This document shows positions 28,764 to 39,245 of a stretch of DNA of 64,000 nt, piece by piece. Position numbers and translations under genes: made by a program. The stretch covers positions 848 through 64,847 of the forward strand of contig JBGSYJ010000285.1 in assembly GCA_041750915.1 (NCBI GenBank). The letters run 5' to 3'. Source of the DNA: Thermoanaerobaculia bacterium. Lineage in GTDB: Bacteria; Acidobacteriota; Thermoanaerobaculia; Gp7-AA8. Under the pieces are notes generated by a model that worked only from the letters and a program-made list of their open reading frames with translations, was not told the origin of the DNA and ran no database searches. The number at the start of each line of letters is the position of its first letter. Position 1 is the stretch's first letter.

Positions 28764-31700
28764 TCATGGCATCCAGAAGTCTCTCGGATAAAGAGTCCAG
28801 AGCTTTGTTCCTTCGCCCTCGGTCTCCGTCAGATACCGATCCCAGGCTTCGAGTTGATTGTCCGCGCCGATCGCGAAGCTGATCGAGCCCGGGGCTGTTC
28901 CTTTCGAATATCCCGGAAGCATGCGAGCGTAAACGGCGTCCTTTCGGGCGAAAAGCTTCTCGGCGAGCTTCGGATCCTTCCTGAGCTCGAGAATCGACGC
29001 CCGGAATCTCCGCACCTGATCGTGTGGCTGGTTGTCCGCGATGTCGGCTGCGATTCCTTCGGCCCGCGATTCGTACGTGCCGGCCGCCCGGTTCTCCCCG
29101 AACGCGAGCGCGACTGTGTAATCACCGAGCCGTGGATCGAGCTCAGACTTCTTGAGTGTGTCGACGACGAAGCGGACGGTCTGCGGAATCTCGGGCGTTC
29201 TCTCCGCGTAGTATCCGACCTGTCCGGACTGCACGCTTCCGCGCAGGCCATTGCTGTACGCGAGACCGGCGGCCAGCGTCTTGAGGAAGACACCATGAGC
29301 GCCGTAGCCGGCATGAAGTCTCGAGGCGAGATAATCGAGCTGACGTTCACGGTCGTCAAAGTGGGAGAAGTGCACGGCCGGGGCAGAGGTGATGATGACG
29401 CCGCCCTTCATGTTCGGGGCGAGGAGCGCGACATGATCCCGGTTGCCGGGCGAGCCGTCGCGCCCTTGCAGGCGCGTGTCGATGCGGGCAGACTGGCTGT
29501 GAGACGGCGCAGGCGCAGGCTTCTCGCTGAGCGACGCAGCAAGCGTCTCGATTCGCGCGCCGACTGCTTTCTGATTCGCGCCTGAGCCGACCAGGAACAT
29601 GCGCCCGTTCCCGCGATGCGCAAGGGCGGCGCGCAGTTCTCCGAGCGCCTTCAGGGCCTCGGCCGGCGGGGTGAGCAGATCATCCCGGATTGCGCTCACC
29701 AGGTATTGCCAGTCCGCAGCGAGGCTGCCATCCGGAATGTCGCCGAGCGTCAGGTCGAGGTCCTTGTGGGCATCGGCGATGAGCGTCTTCGCCTCCGCCG
29801 AGAAAGAGTCGGGGAGCGCTCCGGAAAGCATCGTCTTGAGCTCATCGCGTTTTTTTGTGGATGCCGCTCCCGACAGTTGAGTGAAGTATTTGTTCAGCGC
29901 GTCGCGGTCGGACTCGGGAGCCTCGCGCAGCGTCCAGCGGAGACGAAGTGCGTTGTGTGCGCGTGTGAGGAACGAGTCGGCCGCGAGATACGGAGCATTC
30001 GTCTGCAGACGGTACGCAATCGCCGGGTTGTTCACCCACGATTCCTCCGAACCCTGCATCGTGTTTCGAAGACTGCTGAGCGACTGGTCGACGACGTCAC
30101 GGATGCGCGCCAGGTTCTCAGGACGCCAGTCGGGATGATGAAGAACGAGATTCATCCAGCCGATCGCGCGCGCGGCTTCTTCGGGACCAAGTCCGGCCCC
30201 TCTGATTACAAGTTCCACACGCCCGGTGCGCTGGTTCGTGGAAAAGTTCGCGTTGAGGTTGAGGATCTCTTTCCGCATCCGTTCGCTCATCTGGTCAAAC
30301 GAAACCGGTTTGCCGTTCTCGATGACGCCGACCTGCGTCATGAGCGCCGGGAGCAGAGACAGATACCGCAGCTGCTGCGGCGAGGCCACATCGGCGCGGA
30401 GGGCGAGCCCCAGCGTCACGCTCGACATGTTGTCGAAAGTCGAGGCGACGATCGGGACGTTCGCTTTGGTTTTGGCGGTGGTGAACTGCAGGGGATCGTC
30501 GAGGGTCATGGGAGGGTTGCTGACGAACGCCGGAGGGGCGACCCCGCTGGCGAGCGACTCGATCCTCGCCGACTCCGCCTCGTACTCGGCCTTGTACTTT
30601 GCGATCGCACCCTGCAGGTCCTCGAGGCCGTATTGCGCGGCCAGCCGCTCGGCCTCAGCCTGTGCCCGCGCCTCGCGTTCGCTGTTTTCCTTCTCTAAGA
30701 GGGCCGTGCTTGGCTTTACGCCGGCAGCGAAAGGAACTGAATCCGTGAGCTTCCAGCGCTTCAGTGCCTCACGCCAGATATTCTTTTCCGAGCCGAGGTG
30801 CTTGCGCATCGACGCCAGCTGTGGCGCGAGCGTCACCGATTTCCGGAAGTCCTGAGTCTTCGCGAGCAGTGTCAGCTGTTCGAGCCACCCCGAGCCGGTA
30901 CTCCGCCCACCCCACGAAGGAGGTGTGTTGACGAAATTCGCGAGACCCCGTTCCGACTCGATGATCCGGTTCAGTGCCCGCTCGTTGAATTCGGAGAGCT
31001 CAGCGGAACCATCCTCGAGTGCCGCTACGCGCTTCAGCTCGGAGATCAACCGGGTCCGGATCTCGCCGATCTTCGCCGGCTCGAGATTCGCCACGGAAAC
31101 GTTGTCGAGAATGATCGAGAAGGGATGTCCGAGATCGCTGCTGACATTGTTGAAGACCGACGTCGCTCCTGTCTCCATGACACGGGTCCGGCTGTCTACG
31201 AACATCTTGTAGACGTTCGTCGTGGCGTCGCTTGCGAACGTATCAGCGAAGAGGTTCAGCAGGAGAAAGTCTTCCGGTGTGAGCTCCCGCACCGGTGGCC
31301 ACGAGAACGCCAGCGAGCCGGGCTGCTGGTCATTGCGATTGGGAAATTCAGCGACGACGATGGCCCCCTCGGGCCCGGACTGCGGCGGAGGAAGCGGCTT
31401 CGTCGTCGTTGAAGGCCGTCCTGCGCCCGGATCGACTTCATCGAGAATCTTCGCGGTGCGCGTCAGCACCTCGTCGATGGTTACGGTCTTCGGAAACGCG
31501 ACCATGGTTCCCATGTTGCCGAGGTAGTAGTTCTCTTTGTGAAATTTGCGGATGTCTTCCGGTTGCATCGTGCGGATCCCGGATGGCGCACCGCCCGCGT
31601 TGTAGGACAGCGGGTGTGCGGTTCCGTAAAGAAGGTGACCCATACTGCGGAAGAGCACACTGTATCGATTCGCACTCGAGCTCGTCATCTCGTTGTAGAC

Positions 31701-32255
31701 CGAGCCTGTTTCTTCGAGGCGTAGCGCGCCATCTGCAGTCGTTGCGACCCCGAAGTGCCGCACTTCGCGCCGGATCTCTTCATCGCTGTAGTTCGGGTTC
31801 AGAAGGGCGTCGAGCTGACCGGCAAAGAGGTCGAAGAAGACATCTTTTCCTGCCGATGTGTTGAAGTGGTAGCTGGTCCGCCACTGCTGCACAAACGCCG
31901 TGGAGGTGGCGAGCCACATCGTGTCGAGTCCGGCAAACGTGCGCCCTTTGGTTCCCTTTCCGAGAAGGAGGTGTTCCTGCGTGTGGGGTTCTCCCTGGTC
32001 GCCGACCAGGAAGCTGTTGACCCACGTGTAGCCCTGCGGAACGGACTCGATACTGAGGTAGTCGAGAGTGAAGCCGCTTCGGACGTGCACGAAGCGGGCG
32101 CCCATTGGTGTTCCAGCGTCGTTGAGGTACACCGATTCCGCGCGGAAGCCGTGAGCCTGGTCTCCCTTTGTGAGCCTGTCGAGTTGCACCGGCGCAGAGT
32201 GTATCGGGGATGAGACCATCATGAAGAGGGAGATCAGGATCAGCGTCAGGCGCAT
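28764..32255 (-). CDS. secreted M16 (pitrilysin/insulinase) family zinc peptidase, large form
   Basis: Signal peptide and the inverted zinc motif HTQEH (HxxEH); 1163 aa. Confidence 0.8.
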   Translation of the reverse strand: MRLTLILISLFMMVSSPIHSAPVQLDRLTKGDQAHGFRAESVYLNDAGTPMGARFVHVRSGFTLDYLSIESVPQGYTWVNSFLVGDQGEPHTQEHLLLGKGTKGRTFAGLDTMWLATSTAFVQQWRTSYHFNTSAGKDVFFDLFAGQLDALLNPNYSDEEIRREVRHFGVATTADGALRLEETGSVYNEMTSSSANRYSVLFRSMGHLLYGTAHPLSYNAGGAPSGIRTMQPEDIRKFHKENYYLGNMGTMVAFPKTVTIDEVLTRTAKILDEVDPGAGRPSTTTKPLPPPQSGPEGAIVVAEFPNRNDQQPGSLAFSWPPVRELTPEDFLLLNLFADTFASDATTNVYKMFVDSRTRVMETGATSVFNNVSSDLGHPFSIILDNVSVANLEPAKIGEIRTRLISELKRVAALEDGSAELSEFNERALNRIIESERGLANFVNTPPSWGGRSTGSGWLEQLTLLAKTQDFRKSVTLAPQLASMRKHLGSEKNIWREALKRWKLTDSVPFAAGVKPSTALLEKENSEREARAQAEAERLAAQYGLEDLQGAIAKYKAEYEAESARIESLASGVAPPAFVSNPPMTLDDPLQFTTAKTKANVPIVASTFDNMSSVTLGLALRADVASPQQLRYLSLLPALMTQVGVIENGKPVSFDQMSERMRKEILNLNANFSTNQRTGRVELVIRGAGLGPEEAARAIGWMNLVLHHPDWRPENLARIRDVVDQSLSSLRNTMQGSEESWVNNPAIAYRLQTNAPYLAADSFLTRAHNALRLRWTLREAPESDRDALNKYFTQLSGAASTKKRDELKTMLSGALPDSFSAEAKTLIADAHKDLDLTLGDIPDGSLAADWQYLVSAIRDDLLTPPAEALKALGELRAALAHRGNGRMFLVGSGANQKAVGARIETLAASLSEKPAPAPSHSQSARIDTRLQGRDGSPGNRDHVALLAPNMKGGVIITSAPAVHFSHFDDRERQLDYLASRLHAGYGAHGVFLKTLAAGLAYSNGLRGSVQSGQVGYYAERTPEIPQTVRFVVDTLKKSELDPRLGDYTVALAFGENRAAGTYESRAEGIAADIADNQPHDQVRRFRASILELRKDPKLAEKLFARKDAVYARMLPGYSKGTAPGSISFAIGADNQLEAWDRYLTETEGEGTKLWTLYPRDFWMP

Positions 32256-32657
32256 TCATTTCCTCCGGAGAAATCAGTACGGGAGCTGGCGGCCTGAGGC
32301 AATTTTGCCTGCGGGCCTCTCTGTCAGGGAACCGACATGATAGCCAATGAGCTTGTTACAGAGCTGTCAATTGCCGCGGTCATCCGTCCTCTTCCCAGGC
32401 GGAATGATGAATTCGCGCACGGTTCGAGTCCGGAGCTCCTTACGGTTTCGATCCGACAGGACAATCGTCGCGCCGAACTTCTGCGGTGAGCTGGCTTTGT
32501 TCCGCACGCGAAGTGCGAAGGTTCGAGTGGTGAAGCCGTCCGAGCTGCTGGTCGTGGAAACATCCCGTCGAAACGGGAACTGCCAGACTTGCGCTCTCCA
32601 ATAGCGCGGGCGGCCGACCGACTATTCATTCTCCGTTTTTAGGGTATCTTATTCCCC

Positions 32658-34718
32658 GTGACCGGGGATGGGGTTTTCCAGGAGAGCGACGCCTGGCGTC
32701 TGATCGCAGAACACTCCCGCGATCTGGTGCTGCTGCTCGACCTGTCCGGCTGCATCGTCTACGCTTCGCCCTCCCACCAGACGATCCTCGGCATCGATCC
32801 GTCCACTCTGATTGGCGTGCCGGCCTCCGAGCACGTCCATCCCGATGACAGGGCGCTCCAGCGCGCGGCATTCCTCCTTCGGCTGGAAACGGGCAACTCT
32901 CAGGGTGTGGACATCCGCGTCCGAAAGGCAGACGGATCGTATCTCATCGTGGAGAGCCTGGGGGTGCCGATCCGTAACGGGAATGGGGAAGTCACGTCGA
33001 TCGTGATCTCAGCTCGCGACATCACGGCCCGTCATGAAGCGGAGCGAAAGCTCATGCGATCGCAGGAGCGCTATCGGGTCATCTTCGAGCGCAACCTCGC
33101 GGGGGTTTATCGCTCGACTCTCGATGGGCGATTGATCGAGTGCAATCCCTCGTTCGCAAAAATGCTCGGGTTCGATTCAGTCGAAGAAGTGTTGAAGGTT
33201 TCCACATGGGATCTCTATTTCTCACGCAGCGATCGCGCAGTGCTCATCGAAGCACTCACCGAGCAGAACGAGATGCACAACTTCGAGATCTGCCTCAAGA
33301 AGAAAGACGGCTCTCCGGTGTGGGTACTCCAGAACGACGCGATGGTGCACGATACCGAAGACGGCATGCCGTACATGGAAGGGACAATCGTTGACATCAC
33401 TGACCGGAAGAACGCCGAAGACCGGATCGAGCACCAGGCGTATCACGATCATCTGACGGACCTGCCGAATCGTCTTCTGTTTCACGACCGGCTCTCACTT
33501 GCGGTCGCGAACGCGCGCGCTCAGGGCGACCGGCTCACCGTGATGTTTCTCGACCTCGATCACTTCAAGCTGATCAACGACACGATGGCGCACTCGGCGG
33601 GCGATGAGCTGCTCCGCAAGGTCGCGGTGACGCTGCAGGCTGCGCTGCGAGAAGAAGATACGGTCTCGCGGATGGGAGGGGATGAATTCACGATTCTGCT
33701 CCCGCACGTGAAGGACGAGAACGAAGCGGCGAAGGTAGCGCAGGGAATCCTCGACGCCCTGACGATTCCGTTCTACATACAGGAGCGCGAAGTATTCGTA
33801 TCGGGGAGTATCGGCGTGAGCATGTTCCCCAGCGACGGGGACGAACCGGAGGCGCTCGTAAGGAACGCGGACAGCGCCATGTATCGCGCGAAGGACGCCG
33901 GGCGAAACAACTTCCAGTTCCACACGCCGCTTGCGCAGCATCGCGCCGAGGCGCGTCTCAGCATGGAGACGGCGCTGCGTCACGCCCTCGAGCGGGACGA
34001 GCTCTACCTCGAATACCAGCCGCAGGTCTGCCTGAGCACAGGCGCGATCGTTGGCGTCGAGGCTCTGATCCGCTGGCAACATCCCGAAAGGGGTGTGGTG
34101 CCGCCTCTCGACTTCATTGGAATCGCCGAAGACATCGGGCTGATTCTGCCGATCGGAGAATGGGTGCTGTCGACTGCGTGCAGGCAGCTGGCATCATGGA
34201 AGAAGGCGGGTGCGCCGCCGCTCCGGCTCTCGGTGAACCTCTCTCCGAGGCAGTTTCAGAGTCCGTCATTGATCTCTTTTGTTTCGAAGGTCGTTGACGA
34301 GAGCTGTCTCGCTCCCGGCCGGCTCGATCTCGAGATCACCGAGAGTCTGGCCATGCGCGATACCGAACTGACGATCAGCGTGCTGCAAAGGATGAAGGAA
34401 CTGGGTGTCTCGGCGTCGATCGACGACTTCGGGACGGGCTATTCGTCGCTGAGCTATCTGAAGACGCTGCCGATCGACCGCTTGAAGATGGATGAGCTCT
34501 TCGTCCGGGAAATCGCTTCGAATCCGATGGATGAGACGATCGTCGACGCGATCATCAAAATGGCGCACAGCATGCGGCTGGGAGTCGTCGCGGAAGGTGT
34601 AGAGCAGGGGGCTCAGCGCGATGTGTTGAGACGGCTCGGCTGCGACGAGATGCAGGGCTTTCTGTTCAGCAGGCCGGTCGCGCCGGAGAAGATCCTCGAG
34701 TTGCTGCAGGCTGATTGA
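32658..34718 (+). CDS. PAS-PAS-GGDEF-EAL signalling protein (c-di-GMP turnover)
   Basis: Two PAS-like regions, a GGDEF motif in RMGGDEFTIL, and an EAL domain carrying EYQPQV and DDFGTGYSSL. Confidence 0.85.
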   Translation: MTGDGVFQESDAWRLIAEHSRDLVLLLDLSGCIVYASPSHQTILGIDPSTLIGVPASEHVHPDDRALQRAAFLLRLETGNSQGVDIRVRKADGSYLIVESLGVPIRNGNGEVTSIVISARDITARHEAERKLMRSQERYRVIFERNLAGVYRSTLDGRLIECNPSFAKMLGFDSVEEVLKVSTWDLYFSRSDRAVLIEALTEQNEMHNFEICLKKKDGSPVWVLQNDAMVHDTEDGMPYMEGTIVDITDRKNAEDRIEHQAYHDHLTDLPNRLLFHDRLSLAVANARAQGDRLTVMFLDLDHFKLINDTMAHSAGDELLRKVAVTLQAALREEDTVSRMGGDEFTILLPHVKDENEAAKVAQGILDALTIPFYIQEREVFVSGSIGVSMFPSDGDEPEALVRNADSAMYRAKDAGRNNFQFHTPLAQHRAEARLSMETALRHALERDELYLEYQPQVCLSTGAIVGVEALIRWQHPERGVVPPLDFIGIAEDIGLILPIGEWVLSTACRQLASWKKAGAPPLRLSVNLSPRQFQSPSLISFVSKVVDESCLAPGRLDLEITESLAMRDTELTISVLQRMKELGVSASIDDFGTGYSSLSYLKTLPIDRLKMDELFVREIASNPMDETIVDAIIKMAHSMRLGVVAEGVEQGAQRDVLRRLGCDEMQGFLFSRPVAPEKILELLQAD

Positions 34719-34732
34719 AACGTGGCTATATG

Positions 34733-34912
34733 TGGCAGGGCCTTCCCAGGCCCTGCCTTCTCGGGCAGTGACGTGGTACGAGACTTGGAGCATTCATCCC
34801 TGGTCGTCGCTTCAGAACTCGTACAACCGACAAACACAAAAAAAGGCAGGGCCTCGGAGGGCCCTGCCACGTGGTGAATCCACAAGGCAGGGCCTGGGAA
34901 GGCCCTGCCACA
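34733..34912. repeat. REP-like array: three GGCAGGGCC-N6-GGCCCTGCC hairpins plus a TGGAGCATTCATCC box
   Basis: TGGCAGGGCCTTCCCAGGCCCTGCC, GGCAGGGCCTCGGAGGGCCCTGCC and GGCAGGGCCTGGGAAGGCCCTGCCACA lie between convergent genes. The array is related to the one at 54894. Confidence 0.8.
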
Positions 34913-34919
34913 TGCGAAC

Positions 34920-37175
34920 TTACTGTTTGGTGCGGGTCGCGCGGGCCGGAGCGGGAGCGGGTGCCGCGCTGGTGGTTCCGCCGGACGCCGACTGCGTGTC
35001 CGCCACGAAACCGCGTTTCCGCATCAGCGCTTCGACCTCGGGGTCGCGTCCACGGAATGCTCGGTAGCCTTCCGCCGGATCGATGGTGTTACCCACGGTG
35101 AAGATGTTGTCCCGCAGACGCTGCGAGACTGCGGTGTCGTAGGCGCCCGTTCCTTCAGTGAACGCCTCGTACGCATCTGCCGTCAGCACGTCCGACCAGA
35201 GATAGCTGTAGTAGCCGGCCGAATAGCTGTCGCTCGAGAAGAGGTGGAGGAAGTGCGGAAGTCTGTGCCGCAGCACAATCTCCTCCGGCATGTTCATCTC
35301 CGCCAGAGTCTCCCGCTCGAAGACTGCAGGATCGATCGGGCGATCACCGGCGAGGTGAAGTTTCATGTCGACGAGTGCTGCCGCCAGATACTCAGTCGTT
35401 TCAAAGCCCTGGTTGAATGTGTCAGCACGCTTGATACGATCGACGAGTGTCTGGGGAATCGGCTGTCCGGTTTCATGATGAAGCGCGAACCGCTGAAGTA
35501 CTTCAGGAGTCGAGAGCCAGTGCTCGAGCAGCTGGGAGGGGAACTCGACATAGTCGCGGACCACGGCGGTGCCGGCAAGCGACGGATAGGTCACGTTCGA
35601 CGACAGCCCGTGCAGGGCATGGCCGAACTCGTGAAACAGCGTCGATGCGTCGTCCCATGAGATCAGGACCGGCTCGCCTTCAGCTCCCTTCACGAAGTTC
35701 GAGTTGTTCGACACGATCGTGGTGACGGGCTGATCGAAACGCTCCTGGCTTCTGTATGCGTTCATCCATGCGCCGGATCGTTTGCCTTCCCGCGCGAAGG
35801 GGTCGAAGTACCACAGACCGACGTGGCCCCCGTTGGTCTTGTCTGTGACTTCCCAGACGCGGACTTCGGGGTGAAAGACAGGGACGTTGTCGATGGGGGT
35901 GAAGTTGAAGTTGAACAGCTCGCCCGCGACCCAGAACATGCCGTCCCGGAGGTTGTCGAGCTGGAGGTACTGCTTGACCTCGTTCTGGTCCAGGTCATAG
36001 CGCTCTTTCCGCACTTTCTCGGCGTAGTAGCGGTAGTCCCACGGTTCGATGGTGATGTTCGCCCCTTCCCGGCGGGCGAGGGCCTGCATGTCGGTGACCT
36101 CTTCCTCGACCCTCGCGATCGACGCAGGCCAGACGGCCTCCATCAGCTCGAGAGCCCGCTCGGGAGTTTTCGCCATCGTGTTCTCGACGCGCCAGTGCGC
36201 ATGCGTCTCATACCCGAGGAGTTTCGCGCGCTCTGCGCGGAGCTGAAGGATCTGGCTGATGATCGCGTTATTGTTGTGCGCTCCAGGATTGTCGCCGCGG
36301 TTCACGAAGAGATTGAACGCCTGCTGGCGGAGCTCCCGGTTGTCCGAGTACGTGAGAAACGGATCCATCGATGAGCGGGTGTTGGTGATGACCCACACCT
36401 CGGGCGTTCCCTTGGCGACCGCAGCGCGCTTCGCAGCGTCGCTCACTGACTGAGGCAGCCCAGCGAGATCGGCCTCGCTTTCGATGGACAGGAACTGGTT
36501 GGTCTCGTCAGCGAGCACGTTCTGATTGAACTGTGTGAAGAGGCCTGCGAGCTGCTGGTTGATCTCGGACAGACGGGACTTCGCCGTGCTGTCGAGACGG
36601 GCACCGGCCCGCACGAAGTTGTTGTGATAGACCCAGGCGAGGCGCTGCTGCTCTGGAGTCCAGCTCGACTTCTGCGGCGAGTTGTATACGGCCTCGATGC
36701 GCCTGAAGAGCGGGTCGTTCTGCGTGATCTGATCGGAGAAGGCGGCGAGGCGCGGCTGCATCTCCCGCTCCACGACCTGGAACTCCGGCGAGTTCATGCT
36801 GGTGCTCCAGACTCCGTACGCGGTCCCGACGCGGTCGAGCGTGCGCCCCGCACGCTCCATTGCAATGATCGTGTTCTCGAACGTGGCGGGCTCAGGGTTG
36901 CTGGCGATACGCTGGACGTCCGCGAGGTTCTCGGCCATCGCCGCCTCGAGTGCCGGCTTGAAATCCTCGACGCGTACCGCATCGAATGGTGGAACGCCGC
37001 CGTACGTACCGCCCCACTCGGCGAGCAGCGGGTTGTCACTGGTAGACGCCACAGGCGCCATCACTTCTGGTTCAGCATTCATCGTATTCACGTCCTGGTT
37101 GGTTGCGCATCCGGCGATCACGATAGCCAGGGCTATCACGCCGGAACGGGCGGAGAAGTTTCTCATCAGCTGCAC
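34920..37175 (-). CDS. dcp: peptidyl-dipeptidase Dcp (M3 family), lipoprotein
   Basis: HEFGHALH zinc motif; 751 aa; lipobox-like IAGC. Confidence 0.85.
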   Translation of the reverse strand: MQLMRNFSARSGVIALAIVIAGCATNQDVNTMNAEPEVMAPVASTSDNPLLAEWGGTYGGVPPFDAVRVEDFKPALEAAMAENLADVQRIASNPEPATFENTIIAMERAGRTLDRVGTAYGVWSTSMNSPEFQVVEREMQPRLAAFSDQITQNDPLFRRIEAVYNSPQKSSWTPEQQRLAWVYHNNFVRAGARLDSTAKSRLSEINQQLAGLFTQFNQNVLADETNQFLSIESEADLAGLPQSVSDAAKRAAVAKGTPEVWVITNTRSSMDPFLTYSDNRELRQQAFNLFVNRGDNPGAHNNNAIISQILQLRAERAKLLGYETHAHWRVENTMAKTPERALELMEAVWPASIARVEEEVTDMQALARREGANITIEPWDYRYYAEKVRKERYDLDQNEVKQYLQLDNLRDGMFWVAGELFNFNFTPIDNVPVFHPEVRVWEVTDKTNGGHVGLWYFDPFAREGKRSGAWMNAYRSQERFDQPVTTIVSNNSNFVKGAEGEPVLISWDDASTLFHEFGHALHGLSSNVTYPSLAGTAVVRDYVEFPSQLLEHWLSTPEVLQRFALHHETGQPIPQTLVDRIKRADTFNQGFETTEYLAAALVDMKLHLAGDRPIDPAVFERETLAEMNMPEEIVLRHRLPHFLHLFSSDSYSAGYYSYLWSDVLTADAYEAFTEGTGAYDTAVSQRLRDNIFTVGNTIDPAEGYRAFRGRDPEVEALMRKRGFVADTQSASGGTTSAAPAPAPARATRTKQ

Positions 37176-37302
37176 CTCACTTTGAATGTTGGAGTCAACG
37201 GGCCGCGGATTGTCGCTGCGGCGGGGAAAGCAAGTGGAAGCAAGAATAGTACCGGACCCAGCTGGAGTGGCGAAATTGGCCGACGACAGGATCTTAAGGA
37301 CT

Positions 37303-37472
37303 TGTCATCCCGAGCTCGGTTGTGCGGACGGGAGGGGCGAGGGATCTCCGGCGATAGTACATAGTAAATTCGTCACTGGAGAGTCGACGTACGACGTGTT
37401 CTGGAGGCTACTATGTACCATCGCGAGAGATCCCTCGCCCCTCCCGCACACCCACGCTTGCTCGGGATGACA
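37303..37472. repeat. MITE-like palindromic element, copy 4 (with extra half-site CTCGGGATGACA at 37495-37506)
   Basis: Same termini and internal arms as the other copies. Confidence 0.85.
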
Positions 37473-37528
37473 TTCCGCGACTGACTGGAAACCTCTCGGG
37501 ATGACACACTCGACAAAGACTGCGAACC

Positions 37529-38314
37529 TCACCCTCTCCACATTTCCAGGAACGCTCTCACTGTGGCCGGGGCATGGCCGGCGTAATGGTTGTTCACGTA
37601 AACATGAGCCGTCACGCCGCGGTGGGTGATGGTGCGGCAGACGCCGACCCATTCGCGGAGCTCACTCGTCCGATCCTCGACGACCTCGCCCCAGACTTTT
37701 GTCTTCTTTTCGATGCCGTGCCGGTCGCCCAGCAGCCGGATGTAGGTGAAGTCGGCGGTGATCGGATCGAGCTCCAGAAGCTCGGCCGGGCGCGCCATGT
37801 AAGGATGATCGATCAGTGCCAGCGCTACGTTCCTCCCGCGGAGGAGGTCGAGAAATTCCGCACTCAGCCACCAGCGGTTGCGAATCTCGACCGCGATGGG
37901 AAACTCCCTCGGAAGCATGGGGATGAAGTCACTCAGCCGCTGCAGAAATTCGTCCTGGCGGATCTCGCCCTGGCGGAAGTACGGAAACTGGAGCAGGAGC
38001 GGTCCGAGCTTGTCGCGCAGCTCATCGGCCGCCCGGAGGAACTCAGCGAGCTCCGCGTCGCAGTTCCTGAGGAACTTCTCGTGCGTGATGGTTTTCGGGA
38101 ACTTCAGTGCGAATCTGAAATTGTCAGGAGTGCTCTCGTACCACCTGCGAACGGTCGAGATGGCCGGTGTTCCGTAGAAGGAGCTGTCGATCTCGAGCGT
38201 ATCGAAGTGCTGCGCGTAGAACGGCAGCATCGCAGCCGCCGTGATTCCTTCCGGATAGAAGCTGCCCTTCCAGCCTTTTGCAGTGAATGAGCAGGTACCG
38301 ATGCGAAGGGTCAT
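37529..38314 (-). CDS. DUF72 (YecE-like) protein
   Basis: MTLRIGTCSFTAKGWKGSFYP at the N-terminus is typical of DUF72. Confidence 0.8.
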   Translation of the reverse strand: MTLRIGTCSFTAKGWKGSFYPEGITAAAMLPFYAQHFDTLEIDSSFYGTPAISTVRRWYESTPDNFRFALKFPKTITHEKFLRNCDAELAEFLRAADELRDKLGPLLLQFPYFRQGEIRQDEFLQRLSDFIPMLPREFPIAVEIRNRWWLSAEFLDLLRGRNVALALIDHPYMARPAELLELDPITADFTYIRLLGDRHGIEKKTKVWGEVVEDRTSELREWVGVCRTITHRGVTAHVYVNNHYAGHAPATVRAFLEMWRG

Positions 38315-38380
38315 GGAGAAGGGAGCGGAGTGGCCGGAACGATCACGCCGGCCACTCCGGTGAGAGTTTCGCTGGTGGTC

Positions 38381-38758
38381 TCAGGGGTTGCCGCAGGTCG
38401 GGCAGACGGTCAGGCCCTCCATCCGTTTCTTGCCGCAGTTGTTGCACGGAGCAGTGACACCCTTCGGGCGGACGATGAGATAGATGATCAGACCGAGAAG
38501 GCCGAAGATCAGCACGAGCACCAGCCACAGGGCCGCGTTGTCCATTCCCCGGGCCTTTGCATCGCGGTAGACCCAGATGATTATCAGGATGTTGATCACG
38601 AGCGCCAGGAGTACGAAGATTGCGCAGCCGCCCATGGCAGCCAGCCCGGCAGCGGTCTCGACGGCGTCGGAATCTTCGTACTGTGCAATCAGGGGAAGGG
38701 CCAGACAAAGCAGCGACAGCGGCAAGAGCAGTTTCTTTCGCAAGATTGTTCTCCTCAT
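38381..38758 (-). CDS. small membrane protein with PLDc_N-like domain and C-terminal zinc ribbon
   Basis: IWVYRDAKARGMDNAALWLVLVLIFGLLGLIIYLIVR is PLD-N-terminal-like; the C-terminus carries CNNCGKK...CPTCG. Confidence 0.5.
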   Translation of the reverse strand: MRRTILRKKLLLPLSLLCLALPLIAQYEDSDAVETAAGLAAMGGCAIFVLLALVINILIIIWVYRDAKARGMDNAALWLVLVLIFGLLGLIIYLIVRPKGVTAPCNNCGKKRMEGLTVCPTCGNP

Positions 38759-39245
38759 CTTTTCTTCGGCGATGCAGGCCCGCGAGGGGGTAGCCCGATC
38801 GTCTTTCGCCGATTCGATTGTGGGTTGAGTGGCGGAACTTTATCGCTGTCGAATTTTCGAATCAAGGTCATTGGCCAGAGCGGGATCCGGTTCTTTGATC
38901 TTTCCTTTCTGTCGTCAGCGAATAAGATTCGCGATATTCCGTCCAACGGTGACTCTTTCGTGACGCTGCTCTACTTCACGCTGTTTGCGATCGGTGTGAT
39001 CTTCACCGTGGTCACCTCTCTGTTCTCGGGAGGCGTTTCGGCGTCGACTCAGGGGGTGATATCGAGATCCCTACCACTTAATCAGGTCGTAAATGTCCGT
39101 ATCGAAAGCGCTTCTTGACTTCCGCCACGATTGCCGGTTTGACTCATTCGGACGCTTGCGGTAAAACGAGATCTTCCTGCACGTCGTCATTCCGGAGCCG
39201 AGCCTGCATGCTCCTGATCTGGCTCGCTCTCTCCAAGGAGGCCCG

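Noticed and set aside
32415-32460. T-loop-like motifs GGTTCGAGTCC and GGTTTCGATCC upstream of the GGDEF-EAL gene, suggesting a tRNA
   Set aside because: No acceptor, D or anticodon stems can be paired. The putative T-stem has only 3 bp, and the acceptor arms do not complement. This is most likely chance.
38330-39118. 262-aa plus-strand ORF across 38330-39118
   Set aside because: It is mostly antisense to the PLDc_N gene. Only its last ~50 codons are intergenic, where the hydrophobic stretch TLLYFTLFAIGVIFTVVTSLF appears, and they lack a ribosome-binding site.
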